Assembly (NCBI GenBank): GCA_030248215.1
Contig: JASANG010000443.1
Location: 1-64,000 of the forward strand
Direction of reading: 5' to 3'
Length of the DNA stretch: 64,000 nt
From: Enoplolaimus lenunculus
Taxonomy: Eukaryota
Shown: positions 13,751-26,301 of the stretch, one piece after another
Layout of the letters: each line of letters opens with the position of its first letter
Numbering within the stretch: the first letter of the stretch is position 1
Made by a program: the position numbers and the translations under genes
The notes under the pieces: model-generated
Database searches by the model: none
Told to the model about the DNA's origin: nothing
The model's input: only the letters and a program-made list of their open reading frames with translations

Positions 13751-15904
13751 GTTCTCTAACTGCATTTTTCGTCGACTATGTGGCGACCGTATGCTGCCAG
13801 TTAGCATACATACAGTGCACTGCGCTATATTGCATGTGCACATAACGGACAACCATGTCTCACATGCTTACAAACCCCAAAAGTCGTCTACGGGTGACGG
13901 TGTACTTGTCGCACAGCGCTGTCAGTCCAATAAACGTGCACAAATTGTTAGTGCGTGCCGTACAGCAATTTATGCGCGTCATATGACGACGCGAAATGGC
14001 ATTAAAATAGTCGAAACTACTGTAAATTCCAATGAGCTGATTAATCAATTCAGACAGAGAATTAGTTATTTCTGATTATTTCTGAGACTTTAATAACAAT
14101 AAATATTACTTCACTCTGAGCTGATTTAATTCCAGGTCAGTTGATTAATTAAATTAAAATGTAGTCAAACAATTCTAGATTTCTGAGTTCTGAAAGACAC
14201 GAAACAGAGCACAGATTTCTGAGTGGATTCAACTCATTCTGAGCAGAAATCAACGGACTCGGATTTAAGTATATAGCGCCGCCCTAAACCTCAGATGGCA
14301 GTCAGCTGTTGTTGGCTGAGGATGTATACTGCGGTCCAGACAGTTTGCTATTCAATTTTAAATTGAAGTTCTTAAGAAAACCAGTCAAAAACGCTGTATC
14401 AGATTTCTGTGCGAAAAACTGTGACACAATCTTGTTGAGTTTAAATAGTTTTGATGTATATATGTATATATATTATATTATATATTATATATACATTACT
14501 AACCTCCGGCTTCACGAAAGAATCGACATCCGGTTCAGGCTCCGGTATTTTAACTTGCCAATTATTATTTATCAAAAACTTCCAAAAAATTTATACCATC
14601 ATTCGTATTTATGCCAAGTACCATCGAAGTGATTGACTTACTTTTACATATTTTTCTGTCACACATGTAAATGCAAATGTTTGCATGTGACCGTGTACGT
14701 TATCAATATTTATTGGGTTACAATAACGCCGGAATACCAGATATATAAATGACGAGTGTTATTCTAGGGCCGTAACAGAATATGTCTCAGGATATTTCTA
14801 TTATTCCCAAGGCTAAGACTAAACTTCAGTCTCCAGCGTAAAAATGGGTCTTTAACTAAGTATAAGCCTTAGAAAACAATAATGGCTAATCAGAGCCAGG
14901 TTTGGGCAGAGACAGGTCATGAAAAGTCTTGGTCCTACTAAACTTTTGGTCATCATCAAAAATAAAATTTTCAAAATAAATTAATAGTTGTAATGCTGTT
15001 TTTGTAGTTTTTAGTGTTTTTTCATAGTTATTTACTTATTAAAATGCTGATATTGGTAGATTGGAAATAAAACCATTGAGTTTCAATCCAAAAAAGGTTT
15101 CAGTGCATCTAGTGTTTCATCTGTATTTAACAGACTTTTTAAAACAAAGCATTCTACCGAAATTCCGATTCCGGTTGAAATTCCGCTAAATTTTGTGTTC
15201 ATATTCCGACTGGCTGCGATTACGATGCCGGAACCCTGATTTTGGGGCTACGCGTTTTTCAGATGATTTTGTTTGTCTTTATTAAGTAATTTTAGTTGTT
15301 ACCTTTCAGCTAATTATTTAAATGTGAGTGTAGTTGAAAACTTTGAGTTTTACTTTTAAACGAACGACAAAATGCAACCTTAAAATTGTATTTCATAGCG
15401 GCAAGCAGTGATGTTACCTTCACAAATTCTTAAATATAGCTCGATATTTGGTTTAACAGTATGTTTACTACAATGACAACGGCATTCCATAAAATTAGTT
15501 AATATTAAAAAAATCAGGGTCCTGTTGTTTATGGTTTCATAAGATTTCATACTTAAAGTTTTGAAATGATAAAACTGTTTAATTGCATTTAAATTAAGGC
15601 CCAGCTAAATCCAGTGGTTTTAAAATTGACAAACCTTCATTAATAGGCTAAGTTTTACAGCGTCAGTAGATCGCTAAACAATTTTTACTGCACCTGTAAA
15701 GCAATACATACATGCATACTGCAACAAAAGTCAAAAGTCATACGCTTTTAATTTTTAATAGAATTACTAAAACTTAATAAATTCCGATTCCGCTTCCAAC
15801 AAAATGTACTTCCGATTGGAACTGTGCTAATTTCATAACTTTAATTATAAACTTTACTTCATTTTAAAATCTGTATCAGATTTTATAATTTTTTTCGCTA
15901 AACG

Positions 15905-15997
15905 ATGAGTTTTCGACCAAGAAGCGTACGATATCCGAAACTACAGCGTGCCAGCGAAGCATACGAAATAGATACAGGGCTAAACAGTGAAATTGAG
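15905..15997 (+). CDS. Candidate first coding exon of the K2P gene (MSFRPRSVRYPKLQRASEAYEIDTGLNSEIE)
   Basis: ATG-initiated 31-codon open frame in non-repetitive sequence ending at a consensus donor GAG|gtaagt, phase 0, compatible with exon 25656. No homology support. Confidence 0.4.
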
Positions 15998-16029
15998 GTA
16001 AGTTTATGGCAAACTGATACCCACAAATA

Positions 16030-16431
16030 CTGTAGTGACCCGAATAAGAGGGGATAATAAGAGGGAAATTCTCATTTTGAGTTCCAATCTCAATAGGAGT
16101 CCGGATACGTAATAAGAGGTCGTAAGCGGATAGAGTCCTTAAACACTATATAGAGTCCATAAATGTCAATTATTTCTAATTGTCGTGCATAAATGACTCC
16201 AGAACCAAATAAATTAAGTTCGAAACTTTAAAACGAACTTAAATTTTGTAAATACATTCCTAAATATAACCTTGCATTATCGCTCAAGCTTTTAATATAA
16301 GACACACGTTCAATTCAAAGGCGGCAGACGGAGGCTTAAAAATAAATAACAGTCCGTAGCCGAATAACAGGAACGTGCCCTCTGGAGAGGCCAAATAAAT
16401 ATCAGTCCCCCTCTTATTCGGGTCACTAGAG
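16030..16431. mobile_element. MITE family D copy (opposite orientation)
   Basis: Same TIRs and interior as 9029-9476, reverse-complemented. Confidence 0.83.
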
Positions 16432-16651
16432 TACAAACGGATAATGTTCGACTGTGATTACAGAACGAATTTTTCTGTTTAAAATTGAAATCACCGTGAA
16501 AAGTTAGGAATTATTTTATTATAAAATATACATTTTTATTTATATTTGCAATCAAAAAGTTTACAGCTTCATGCTCGAATTTTTAAAATTTCAAAGTCAT
16601 TTCATAGTTTAAAGTTGAATTGAAAGTTCTGGGACGAGAAACCATACTTAA

Positions 16652-16916
16652 CCCCTTGTCACATAGAGTTGTCTATAGGCAACTCAGCGCAGTGTATATA
16701 CGTTAAATAATATATATCGCTCCGTGTTTAACAATTGCAACACGTATACATAGTACTAAATCACCTCAAGACGTGAGAGCCCCCTCGGGCTCGAGCGTCA
16801 AGCTCGTATAGCTGAGTGGTGACGGTATACGCCTCCCACTCCAGTCACTGGAGTTCGAATCCTAGCATAAAAGTAGGTCTCTCGGGAAATAGAAAATATT
16901 CATGTGATAAAAAGGG
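16652..16916 (+). mobile_element. piggyBac-like MITE containing a tRNA-derived segment
   Basis: TTAA-CCC...GGG-TTAA; internal tagctgagtgg (A box) and ggagttcgaatcc (B box); other copies 24666-24928 (+), 46536-46812 (-), fragment ~53762-53850. Confidence 0.82.
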
Positions 16917-17415
16917 TTAATACACTTATTGCTCAGCGTTTTTGAAAGTTTCAAAGCCTGTTAGAAAACTGGTAATAATTTCAGGTTACCTTCAAGGCAC
17001 CGCGCCACTGATACACTTGTGTAGTATATTTTAACTTAATTTTGAATTTAAGTTCAAAATTAGGATCTTACAAAAGAAATACTTCTTGAGCAACACAATC
17101 TATTGCCCGAAAAATTTAAATTAATAGGAAACCACAGCTGCACGCTGTAGCCAAAAATCTTCAGTGTCCATCACACTACCCCCACCAAAACAAGTAACCT
17201 CGGTGTGCACAGGATATTGTGGAATTTGCGATACTTTGAATATTTTTAAGTATTCTTTATAATATTTGCACCATCTGGTGTTGGCAATACAAGATTTGTG
17301 CTTTTTTGGTTCAATTTTCGATTAAGTAGATTATAGGATTAGATAAGCGACCGCTAGCGGGCAAACATAAGTTTAAGGTGAAAATTTGTTTGGTGTAAAA
17401 ATCAGCTGTTTATGT

Positions 17416-17635
17416 AAGGGTTGCGCTATACTTTTTTTAACGAGCACCGCCGTCCGGCGCCGTCTGTCAGCCGTACGGCGCCGTCTGTCAGCCGTACGGC
17501 GCCGTCTGTCAGCCGTACGGCGCCGTCCGTCACCGTGCGGTATTATACGCAAATAACTCACGTACGATAACGTATGGTAACGCACGGTTACGGACGGCGC
17601 CGTACGGGTAACGCACGAAGTATAGCGCAACCCTT
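17416..17635. mobile_element. MITE (aagggttgcgctatact TIRs) with internal 21-bp tandem gccgtacggcgccgtctgtca x ~4
   Basis: Perfect 17-bp TIRs; related end agtatagcgtcaccctt at ~23903-23920. Confidence 0.8.
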
Positions 17636-18413
17636 AAGCTTAACGTATCCACGCGCTCAGAGTATAGCGCATCTCTTAGCGTCCTGCCGAAAAATTGGCC
17701 ATCATACGTACCAGACAACAACGTAAAACATGGCTGAATTTTTTATTGTTTAAAAAAGTGACGTTTGGCTTGATATGAAAATATTTATTCAACAAGTCTC
17801 TTTACAAGAATTATAATCTCAGCGGCTAACATTTTTTGTCTAAAAATACACCGCTAATTAGTATTATAACCTAAACCCAATAAGTGTTTACGGTATCTGT
17901 CTGAATGAAAAAGCCAACAAAATAGACCATATGTTCGTTCCCTGTCTGGCAAAAGAGCCCGACTAGAAAATTAGACCGTTTCAAAAAGTAGTTTAGTTGA
18001 CAATTGCGTTTATAAAGCTTTGCATTGTCTTTTAGATGTATTGGCTTAAGTTTAGCCAGTACTGGCTTAAATAATATAAATTGCAAAAATATTTAAGACC
18101 AAAACTGAATCGATTATTGTTTTTGGCGATTTTAGCAACATTTTAGTTTAACACTTTTTGTCTGACCTCTCGCACGATTGCCCTCTTGATTTAAAAGTTT
18201 CGGTCCATTTAAAGATCAGGGGCGGTACGTTTTTCTTGAGGACATGAATAGAATAAGATTAAGGTTTAGACAATTTTTTTGCTTGGCTTAGGCTTTTAGG
18301 CTTAGGCTTAGGAATAAGCTTATAATACTGTTACGCTCCTGTTCTTAACATTGGCGAAAGATTTAAACACACACACACACATATATGTAATATACATTTA
18401 TATTATGCATTAT

Positions 18414-18812
18414 CAGGGTTCCAACAGGAACTAAATGTTGCCAAAACAGGAACATGAACAGGAATTGAATCTCTTTGCAGGAACTGGAATTTGAAAAAAA
18501 ATTCGTCACCGAATTACTGTTGGCCATTTTAGAAAACTTGGCAAAAAATGTTTGGGTAAATTTTCAGCTATTTCATCATCAAATTTTGCGAAAACTCAGA
18601 ATCCAGCATAGACAGTTTATTAACAAAATTGAAATAATTGCAAAAACACTCGTTTGCGAATAACAAATTATTACAGACAAAGTTTCCTGCATTTAAATGA
18701 TGGTGAATAATATGGCACAAAAGCGGAAAATTTTCGGGTCCGGCAACTTTGAATGCAGGAACATAAACAAAAACAGGGATTGAATTTTTGCAGGAACTCC
18801 GGTTGAACCCTG
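18414..18812. mobile_element. hAT-like MITE (CAGGG...CCCTG ends); inverted sister copy at 25055-25446
   Basis: cagggttccaac...gttgaaccctg; the interior is the reverse complement of 25055-25446. Confidence 0.72.
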
Positions 18813-19203
18813 ATATATACATATTTCGTATTTTGGCAATTTTTCATCAACTGCATCGTGTATACGTGCCAAAAGCCAAAAGTCTAGAATGAATTTTTTG
18901 CGGCACAAAATTTAGCATTCAACAACAAAAACGCAAGTTTTGCAAAATAGGGAGTCAAATTCACTCTCTGGGAAATTTCAGTGAATCGAATTTGACTTTG
19001 GCGGAGTCGAATTTTGACTCAGTCTGTGTAGTCAGGAAAAGCCTATATCCCAGAGAGTCAATTTGACTCCCTATTTTTGTGGAGCAGGGAGTTTGAAAAG
19101 GTTTGGGGGCCAAAAAATATTTGACTCGGTTGTAGAGAGATAAAAATCGAAATGTTCGCTTGAAGTCCACCCAGTGTTTGAATATTAATATGTCATATAA
19201 GTC

Positions 19204-19266
19204 ATGTTATTCCTTGGTCATATTGGAACCGACGCGTTACAGTTATTTACAAAAGAAACCGTTCAG
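19204..19266 (+). CDS. Candidate alternative first (or upstream) exon of the K2P gene (MLFLGHIGTDALQLFTKETVQ)
   Basis: ATG plus 21 codons ending at consensus donor CAG|gtaagt, phase 0, compatible with exon 25656. No homology support. Confidence 0.3.
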
Positions 19267-20609
19267 GTAAGTTTTATACGTTAATGTTTGGCGACTTGTA
19301 GTTGGCATTTAAGTATTTATTAATTAGCCCTTGTTATCATTATTTCATGCAATATCATGCGTACACCAGCACTGTAAAAACGGTGCGTCAAATTAACTCT
19401 CTCCGTAATACGCTCTACGGGACTACACAAACGGAGTCAAATACAACTCCGCCATAGTCAAATTCGACTTACTTAGTGACTCGGGTGAGTCGAATGTAAT
19501 TCTGGCGTAGTCGAATTTGACTCAGTTTGTGTAGTTAGGAAAAGCCTATTTCGGATTGATCGCTACAGTATAAATTTGAACAAAATGCAAACTGTGGCAC
19601 TGTAAATACCAGTGAGTTAGCTTTTAATGAGTTGAATCACTCAATTGGAGTTTATAGGACTATCAGAACTCAGAATTCTGAGAGTTGATCCAACTTGTTC
19701 TGTGTTAATTAATTGACTTGTCTGGAGTCAACTCCACTTAGACGAAGAATCAACTCGAGTCAAAGCAGTTAATGTTCACTGTTGTTATTACTCAAAAATA
19801 GCTAACCCGACATCTGAACAAGCGAAAATTTTTTATCTCTGCAAGGCGGGCCGGGCCCCGGCTTGGGCCCAAACTTTGGGCCCGAGAGCCGAAATATATC
19901 GGAGCAGTGCGTGACTTCTTTTTGTCCCATGAGTCCATTAAATAGGCCACTGGTTTGATATTGTAAAATGATTTAGATACGTATTTTTTAACCTTAATTC
20001 GTTTCCATTTTCATAAATACTGCTGTCATGGAGTAGCAATCACTGTAAATTCCAGCGAGTTTATTAATCAGCTCAGCTAAAGAGTTAGTTGTTTTTGAGT
20101 TAATACCTGTAAATATTAACTCACTCTGAGTTGAATTGATTCTTACTCTGAGTTCAGTTGATTCCGCGCAAGTCGAATAATTAAGTCAGAGTGAGTTTTA
20201 TTGACTCCGAATTCTGAGTTCTGACAGTCCTAACTTAGACTGAGTGATTCAACTGTCATTCTCAGTTAAATTCAACTCACTGGGATTTACAGTGAAGGAT
20301 GTTGAAAAGTAGGGTAACGTTCCGCGAAAATTTCGAAGGAGAGTTTCTTGAGTTCTTAAATCGTAATCATTTGCGCATATGCGGATGTAGAAAGTTTTGT
20401 GGTCCACTGTACTAACAAGCGAGCTTGTTGGTTATATAGAATATCGAACTACAGACGTTTCTGCTGCTACTTCAAGAAATCCGTTAATTACTGGCGTAAA
20501 AACACAGTGTTACTTCTATTGTTATCCAAGCTTTCTCAACGCGTGTTTGATATATAAGCTATTACGGAAGAATCTGACCGACATTCTAGTGAAGGTGGTA
20601 ACGTGGAAA

Positions 20610-20864
20610 CCGGTGTCATGAAAAAATCCCCCCCATAAAAATTTGCCCCCCCCCCCATAAAAATATGCCCCCCCCCCCCATAAAAATTTGCCCCCACCCC
20701 ATAAATATTTGCCCCCCCAATAAAAATTTGCCCCCCCCCCATAAAAATTTGCCCCCCCATAAAAATTTGCCCCCCCCCCCCCCTCCGGACAAATTTTCAT
20801 ATGACAATTTATCCGGGAGGAGGGGGGCAAATTTTGATGGGGCCAAATTTTTTCATAACACCGG
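20610..20864. mobile_element. MITE-like element containing (ataaaaatttgC6-12)n repeats
   Basis: TIR ccggtgt(c/t)atgaaaaaat; about 8 poly-C units. Confidence 0.75.
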
Positions 20865-21402
20865 GATTCGCAGCCTTTTGCATCCGTCTGTCGTTGGAGC
20901 TCTTGTGACTCTGTACGAAGCTGCATTGAATAATATTTGGTGAAATATGAAAAATAGTGTTTATGTTTATATGTTTAGTGTTTTGTTTTTTGTTCTGAAC
21001 CAAATTGCCGGACATGGGCCCAAGCGGGCCGGACCCGGATTGAGTGTGACGGGCCCGAGCCGAACCCGGGCCCAAGTGGGCCGGACCCGGATGGAGTGTG
21101 ATGGGCCCGAGGCGGACCCGGACACCCTAAAAATCACACCGGTTTCAACCCTGATTCAGACACAAATATATACATATACAAACGTAAGGGTTACAAAATT
21201 TGTCACTGTGGCCGGCCTATTGTACATTTTTCACGTAATATAAACTGTTTGTTCTTTTAAAACCTAAGAAATCTAAAAATCTCTTTTATAATTCAATTTT
21301 CAACAAGCAGTGAATATATTTTAAGTATTAAGTACTTTTTTATTTCTCCCTTTCATTCGAGAGTTTACAAATGTTTTAATACTAATTATATAATTGAATT
21401 TA

Positions 21403-21677
21403 AGCTCTGTTCACACGTGCAAGTTTTTGTTGCGAGAACTTGCAGCTGTATATTGTGCACAGAACTTGCATTTTTGCATCAGCCAATGATGAAGCGGCTG
21501 CAATAAATTCAGTGAAATTGCATGATTATTCAAACATGTGAAGTAAATTCGTAACTATGGTTTGTAGTGAATTATTTGCTGCTGCAAGTTTTTTGAATGG
21601 GATTTTGGATAAAACTAGCAAGTGCAAGTTGCAGCTGCAAGTTCTCGCAGCAAAAACTTGCACGTTTGAATTGGGCT
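21403..21677. mobile_element. PIF/Harbinger-like MITE family G (AGCYCTRTTCACACGTGCAAG ends)
   Basis: TTA TSD on both sides; longer relative at 38354-39065; fragments at ~46895-47005, ~49230-49332, ~62050-62280. Confidence 0.82.
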
Positions 21678-22516
21678 TTAAAGTATCAGTATTGAAAATA
21701 AGGTTGCTAACTTGAATTCAGAATGTTTATGCATGGGATCCTCTGATTGATGTTATACCCAGCACTATTATAACACATTAATAGTGTCCTAAATTCCCAA
21801 ATTAGGATACCAGGATGTTAAAACGTTAAAGAATCATTTTACGATTGCCACCAATGTATTGAACATGGCCGTAGAATTACACACAAAAAGTATTTCTGAA
21901 TTTATTCAGAAAAGTGTTTTCTGTGGCAAATCTGAAAAGTTTCGCTGATATTTAAGACAATTTTTCTTAAAATAACTGGAAAACGTTTATTTTCAGACTT
22001 CATTTCAAAACGTTTTTTGAAAATATTTCTGTTATAACAGGAATACTTTTCAAGTGCACCTTGCTAATCGTATTTCTCAAATGTAAGAAATTTTTTCTTA
22101 AATATCAGAAATATTATTTTGAGTGTAGTATACGAGCATATTCCTAAGCTTAAGAGTAAGAACAATCTTAGGTATACCATACCCTACGCAGAAGCAAAAA
22201 ATAGTCTAAAGCTTAAGTTTATTTTTTATTGCAGTCCCGCTGAAAAACGGTTCGCCCCTGATCTTTACATGATCCACAAATGGTGGCACGCGTTGTGTTT
22301 ACAATATATTAAAACTCAATCCTTTAAGATGTAGTTTTAAACTTGTAACTACTATACAGTTGCTGGATACAGTTGAAAATACAACTAAAGTTTGATCTTT
22401 GAATATGAAACGGTGTTGAAATTCTGATAAAAATAGTTATGCAACATAATATCATAACAAATAATATGAGTACCAAACTCATGGTATACAGAGCCATTGT
22501 AGCGAAAAGTTTGCAT

Positions 22517-22592
22517 CGTTGCGTAGCTCAGTGACACTAGAGCAGCAGACCGGTAATCCGTACGTCGTGGGTTCGAGCCGCACAGCATCCGC
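22517..22592 (+). pseudogene. tRNA-like pseudogene or SINE head
   Basis: gcgtagctcagtga (A box) ... cagaccggtaatccg (anticodon-like arm, GGT) ... gtgggttcgagccgcac (T arm); acceptor stem does not pair. Confidence 0.55.
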
Positions 22593-23208
22593 AGCAAAGT
22601 TTTCGTGAACGGCTGTATTTGGTACTGATTAACTTAGAATTAATTTGTTACAGCGACGCAGTAGAATGCACCCATAAATTTGACTTATTTGAGGCGACAT
22701 TGAAAAACGCCTAAATTATTGATTCTAAAATAAAATTAGCGGATTGCTAACGATAATTCAAATTAAGCAATTACCTCCACTTGCGAAAATGTCGTTGAAT
22801 TGGGCGACCCATGTAACGATCATCGGCGGAACGTTTTTCTGTGAGTCTGCAATAGAGTAAGCTTAAGCTTTTGACAAATATTTTTTACTTATGCTTTCAG
22901 GTTTAGGTATAAGCTCATTTTTACGCTTAAGCTGTGTCTTTTGATTTGAAATATGCTTATTATATTTCCAACAGTTTGAATCGTAGTTTTCTATTTTTTC
23001 CATTCTCTAAACCGTCCTGGTTCATATGGTTAAACAACAATTGTCGGCTTTTATAATGTGAATACGGTGCATCAAATAATATTTTCATTGGCACAGTGTA
23101 AATATTTGAATATTCGCTTTTGTATGCCATAATTCCGTTTAAATTTATAAAGGATTTGGCCAATAAGAACAAACGTTTAACAGTAGTTTAAGCATGTACC
23201 AAAATTAA

Positions 23209-23400
23209 AGCCTAAGCCTAAGCCTAAGCCTAAGCCTAAGCCTAAGCCTAAGCCTATGCCTAAGCCTGAGCCTAACCATAAGCCTAAGCCTAAGCCTAAG
23301 CTTAAGCCTAAGCGTAAGTTTAAGCCTAAGCCTATGCATAAGAATTGGTTTATACCTAAGACTAAGCCTAAGCTAAAGATTAACCTAAAGCGTATGCATA
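23209..23400. repeat. Interstitial telomere-type tract (GCCTAA)n: about 7 perfect units, then degenerate
   Basis: aagcctaagcctaagcctaagcc...; TTAGGC is the nematode telomere repeat; the tract lies within a family A element. Confidence 0.9.
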
Positions 23401-23928
23401 ATCTATTGCAGTCCCACAGAAAAACATTCCGTCCCTGACGTTTTGGGCCAACTATTTAATATTTTTTTGTTTAATGATAAACCTTTTGGTTCTTTCACGC
23501 TTTCCGTCATTTTTAAGATCGGCGATTAGGCTTAGGCTTCGACGCTTAGGCTTAGGTAACATTTTTCAGGTCAAGTCTTCGTTTTTGTTAAATAAAGTTG
23601 CTTAATACAGGAAATGTTGGTATTTTTGTCGGCTGAAAGGCTTTTGAAATATTTACACAATCAACGACAAAACCGGTTTCAGGTTTGTTTTCAAAACTCT
23701 TTTTCCAGGTTTTGACTACTCAGTAGCGCGTGTTATATTGGGCATACGGCGCCGCCCCGCCTGGCACTGTCTGGTGCCGAGTCGAAAAAATATTTATTAA
23801 TTGGGTTACGGTACCATGCGGCGTCGTGCGTCAATTTTTGAACGATTGCCGCACGGTGCCGTACGGTATCGGACTTCGCCCCAAAGCGATATATCGTCAA
23901 ATAGTATAGCGTCACCCTTTACAATCAT

Positions 23929-24406
23929 GGCTGATGTAAAGAACAGGGACGGAACAGTATTATATGCATATTCCTAAGCCTAAGCCTAAGCCTAAGCGTA
24001 AGAATGAGCATATTGCTAAGCCTAAGCCTAAGCCTTATCCTTAGCGTAAAAATAAGCATATTTGTAAGCCTAAGCCTAAACGTAAGAATGAGCATATTGC
24101 TAAGCCTAAGCCTTAGCGTAAGAATAAGCATATTTGCAAGCCTAAGCCTAAACGTAAGAATGAGCATATTCCTAAGCCTCAGCCTAAGCCTAAGACTAAA
24201 CGTCAAAATGAGCATATTCCTAAGCCTAAGCCTAAGCGGAAGAACGAGCGTATTCCTAAGCCTAAGCCTAAACCTAAGCGTAAAAATGAGCATATTTCTA
24301 AGCCTAAGCCTATGACTAAACCAAACACAAAAATTAGTCTAAAGTTTAAACTTACTCTATTGCCGTCCCACAGAAAAACGTTCCGTCCCTGATCTTTACA
24401 TGGACC
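23929..24406. mobile_element. MITE family A (GGCCMATGT...ACATKGGCC ends) carrying internal GCCTAA/TTAGGC telomere-like repeats; copy with internal expansion
   Basis: Shared body gaacagtattataagcatattcctaagcc...aaattagtctaaagcttaagcttactctatt...cagaaaaacgttccgcccctgatctttacat. Other copies at ~788-952, 9848-10040, 10409-10600, 11970-12162, 18215-18356, 22805-22960, 26945-27300, 27558-27864, 29419-29869, 30825-31077, 34388-34756, 45135-45295. Confidence 0.88.
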
Positions 24407-24665
24407 ACAAACATTAAGGTTTTCTGTGAAATGAACGCATAATTGGAGACAGAACGAAGTTGTTTTGCATGTTTCAACGTCAAATATGTGTTTATTTCAG
24501 AAATTGGCTGGATTGCAGAGACATGATTTAAGTTAACTTTGAACATAATTAATGTTTCGAATCGAAATATAGAACAAATTGGCAGCTCTTGGAGGCGTGT
24601 CAACTGTCTTATTTCAAAATTACAACTTTAGTAGCTCTAACATTTACGCATACTGTACCGGTTAA

Positions 24666-24928
24666 GCCCTACTCACGTAGAGCTGACTATGAGCAACTCA
24701 GCGCAGTGTATATACGTTAAATAATATATATCGCACCGTGTTTAACAATTGCAACACGTATACATAGTACTAAATCACCACAAGACGTGAGAACCCCCTC
24801 AGGCTCGAGCGTCAAGCTCCTATAGCTGAGTGGTGATGGTAAACGCCTCACACTGCAGTCGCTGCAGTTCGAAGGCTAGCGTAATAGTAGGTCTCAGATG
24901 AAATTGAAAATATTCATGTGATAAAGGG
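24666..24928 (+). mobile_element. piggyBac-like tRNA-containing MITE, second copy
   Basis: Colinear with 16652-16916; ends degenerate. Confidence 0.8.
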
Positions 24929-25655
24929 TATAAGTCATGTTTATGTAAACCCAGCCATTGATACAACAAACTTGCATATTTGTATCTAAATAATTTACCA
25001 GATTATAGATTTTGTTCCAAGAATTGTTTTGAAATGTTTTGCCATTATCAAAACCAGGGTTCAACCGGAATTTCTGTTCCGGTCGGAATTCCTACAAAAA
25101 ATCAATTCCTGTTCGTGTTAAACGCATGAACAGAAATTTTTACGGTTTTGTTTGAAATTATTCATAATCATTTAAATACTGGAATCTTTGTCTTTAAAAT
25201 ATGTTAATCCGAAATGACTGTTTTTGCAATTAGTTCAATTCTTGTAACTAAACTGTCCCTTATGTCTTTTAGCAAAATGCGATGATAAAGCAATGTTTTG
25301 GTAAGTTTTCTAAAAGGTCTGACAGTAATTCGGTGGCGAAAATTATTTCATATTCCAGTTCCTTTCCCTGTTCCGGTTCCTGCGAAGAAATTCAATTCCT
25401 GTTCTTGTTCCTGTTCCGGCAAAGTTTAGTTCATGTTGGAATCCTGAGCAAATCCGTTAGCTTGAGCTCAAAACGTGAGCATTTCAATTTTTATCAAAAA
25501 TTTGCCAAAAGTGGTCCGAAACTATTAATTTTAACCTGTGTCGGTATCATATATCCCATTTTCGGTATTAAAAATGAAAATTTCCTTTATTTTTTAATAA
25601 ATTTTCATATTTAGCGTAGCTAATTTTGAAGTATTTCATGTTGTTATTTTTTTAG

Positions 25656-26301
25656 ACAATTCGTCGTGTACTTCCGCATGTGGTTCTTGTTGTGGCGATT
25701 GCAATATATTTGATTGTTGGTGCTGCTACTTTCAAATGGTTAGAAGGCGGATACGAAGAAACCGACACCGGAAACGAAACGAAAATGTTTGGGAACGCAA
25801 CAAATTACACGACTTTAAATTGGCGACACGATATTACTGCTTGTATTGAAGAATTAGTCAAATTTCCGGTCGGAAATCACGATGTAAACTTGGAAAATGT
25901 AACAAATCAACGTTTGGAGGAAACTTTCGGAGCCAATCATGACTCAAACCGGAATTTCAGAAACGAAATTTCACGAACCAGAAATGAATTTTATCGAAAA
26001 TTAAATGCGCTGCTATTAGCGTGGAACCAATTAGATTCAAGGAAATTTGACAAAATTGATATTCATGACGCTTCAGATGACGGTGATAGCAAATCGTGTG
26101 ACAGATTAATTCAATATTTCGATCGTTTTAATGATCAATTGACCAATGAAACAGCGACATTTGGCGACAGAAACGAAAGCAACCAATGGATTTTAAGCGT
26201 TGGAAATAGGCGAAATATTGAATTTAACCAATCAGATGCGGCCAGTAAATGGACGTTCGGAACTGCGTTTTTATTCGCGTTTAGCGTAGTTACAACGATA
26301 G
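25656..26301 (+). CDS. Two-pore domain K+ channel (K2P/TWK family), internal exon: M1, long extracellular cap, pore helix P1
   Basis: Acceptor tttttag ends 25655; phase-0 reading TIRRVLPHVVLVVAIAIYLIVGAATFKWLEG (K2P M1 motif) ... KWTFGTAFLFAFSVVTTIG; donor G|gtgag at 26302 splits the selectivity-filter Gly codon. Confidence 0.93.

Noticed and set aside
20522..20943. Gly-rich and Pro-rich ORFs (GGGANFYGG repeats)
   Set aside because: Translations of the poly-C minisatellite, open in several frames, no splice context.
19848..21155. Degenerate transposase between the GGGCCC-rich hAT-like ends
   Set aside because: The interior is interrupted by two MITEs and by stops in the frames examined; no recognisable transposase motif by eye.
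23209..23400. True telomere or chromosome end
   Set aside because: Short, degenerate, embedded in a MITE, and flanked by ordinary sequence on both sides.
23925..24315. ORFs rich in LRLRL / SLSLS / KPKP (also 23256-23438, 30779-30961)
   Set aside because: Translations of GCCTAA/TTAGGC hexamer repeats inside MITE family A.
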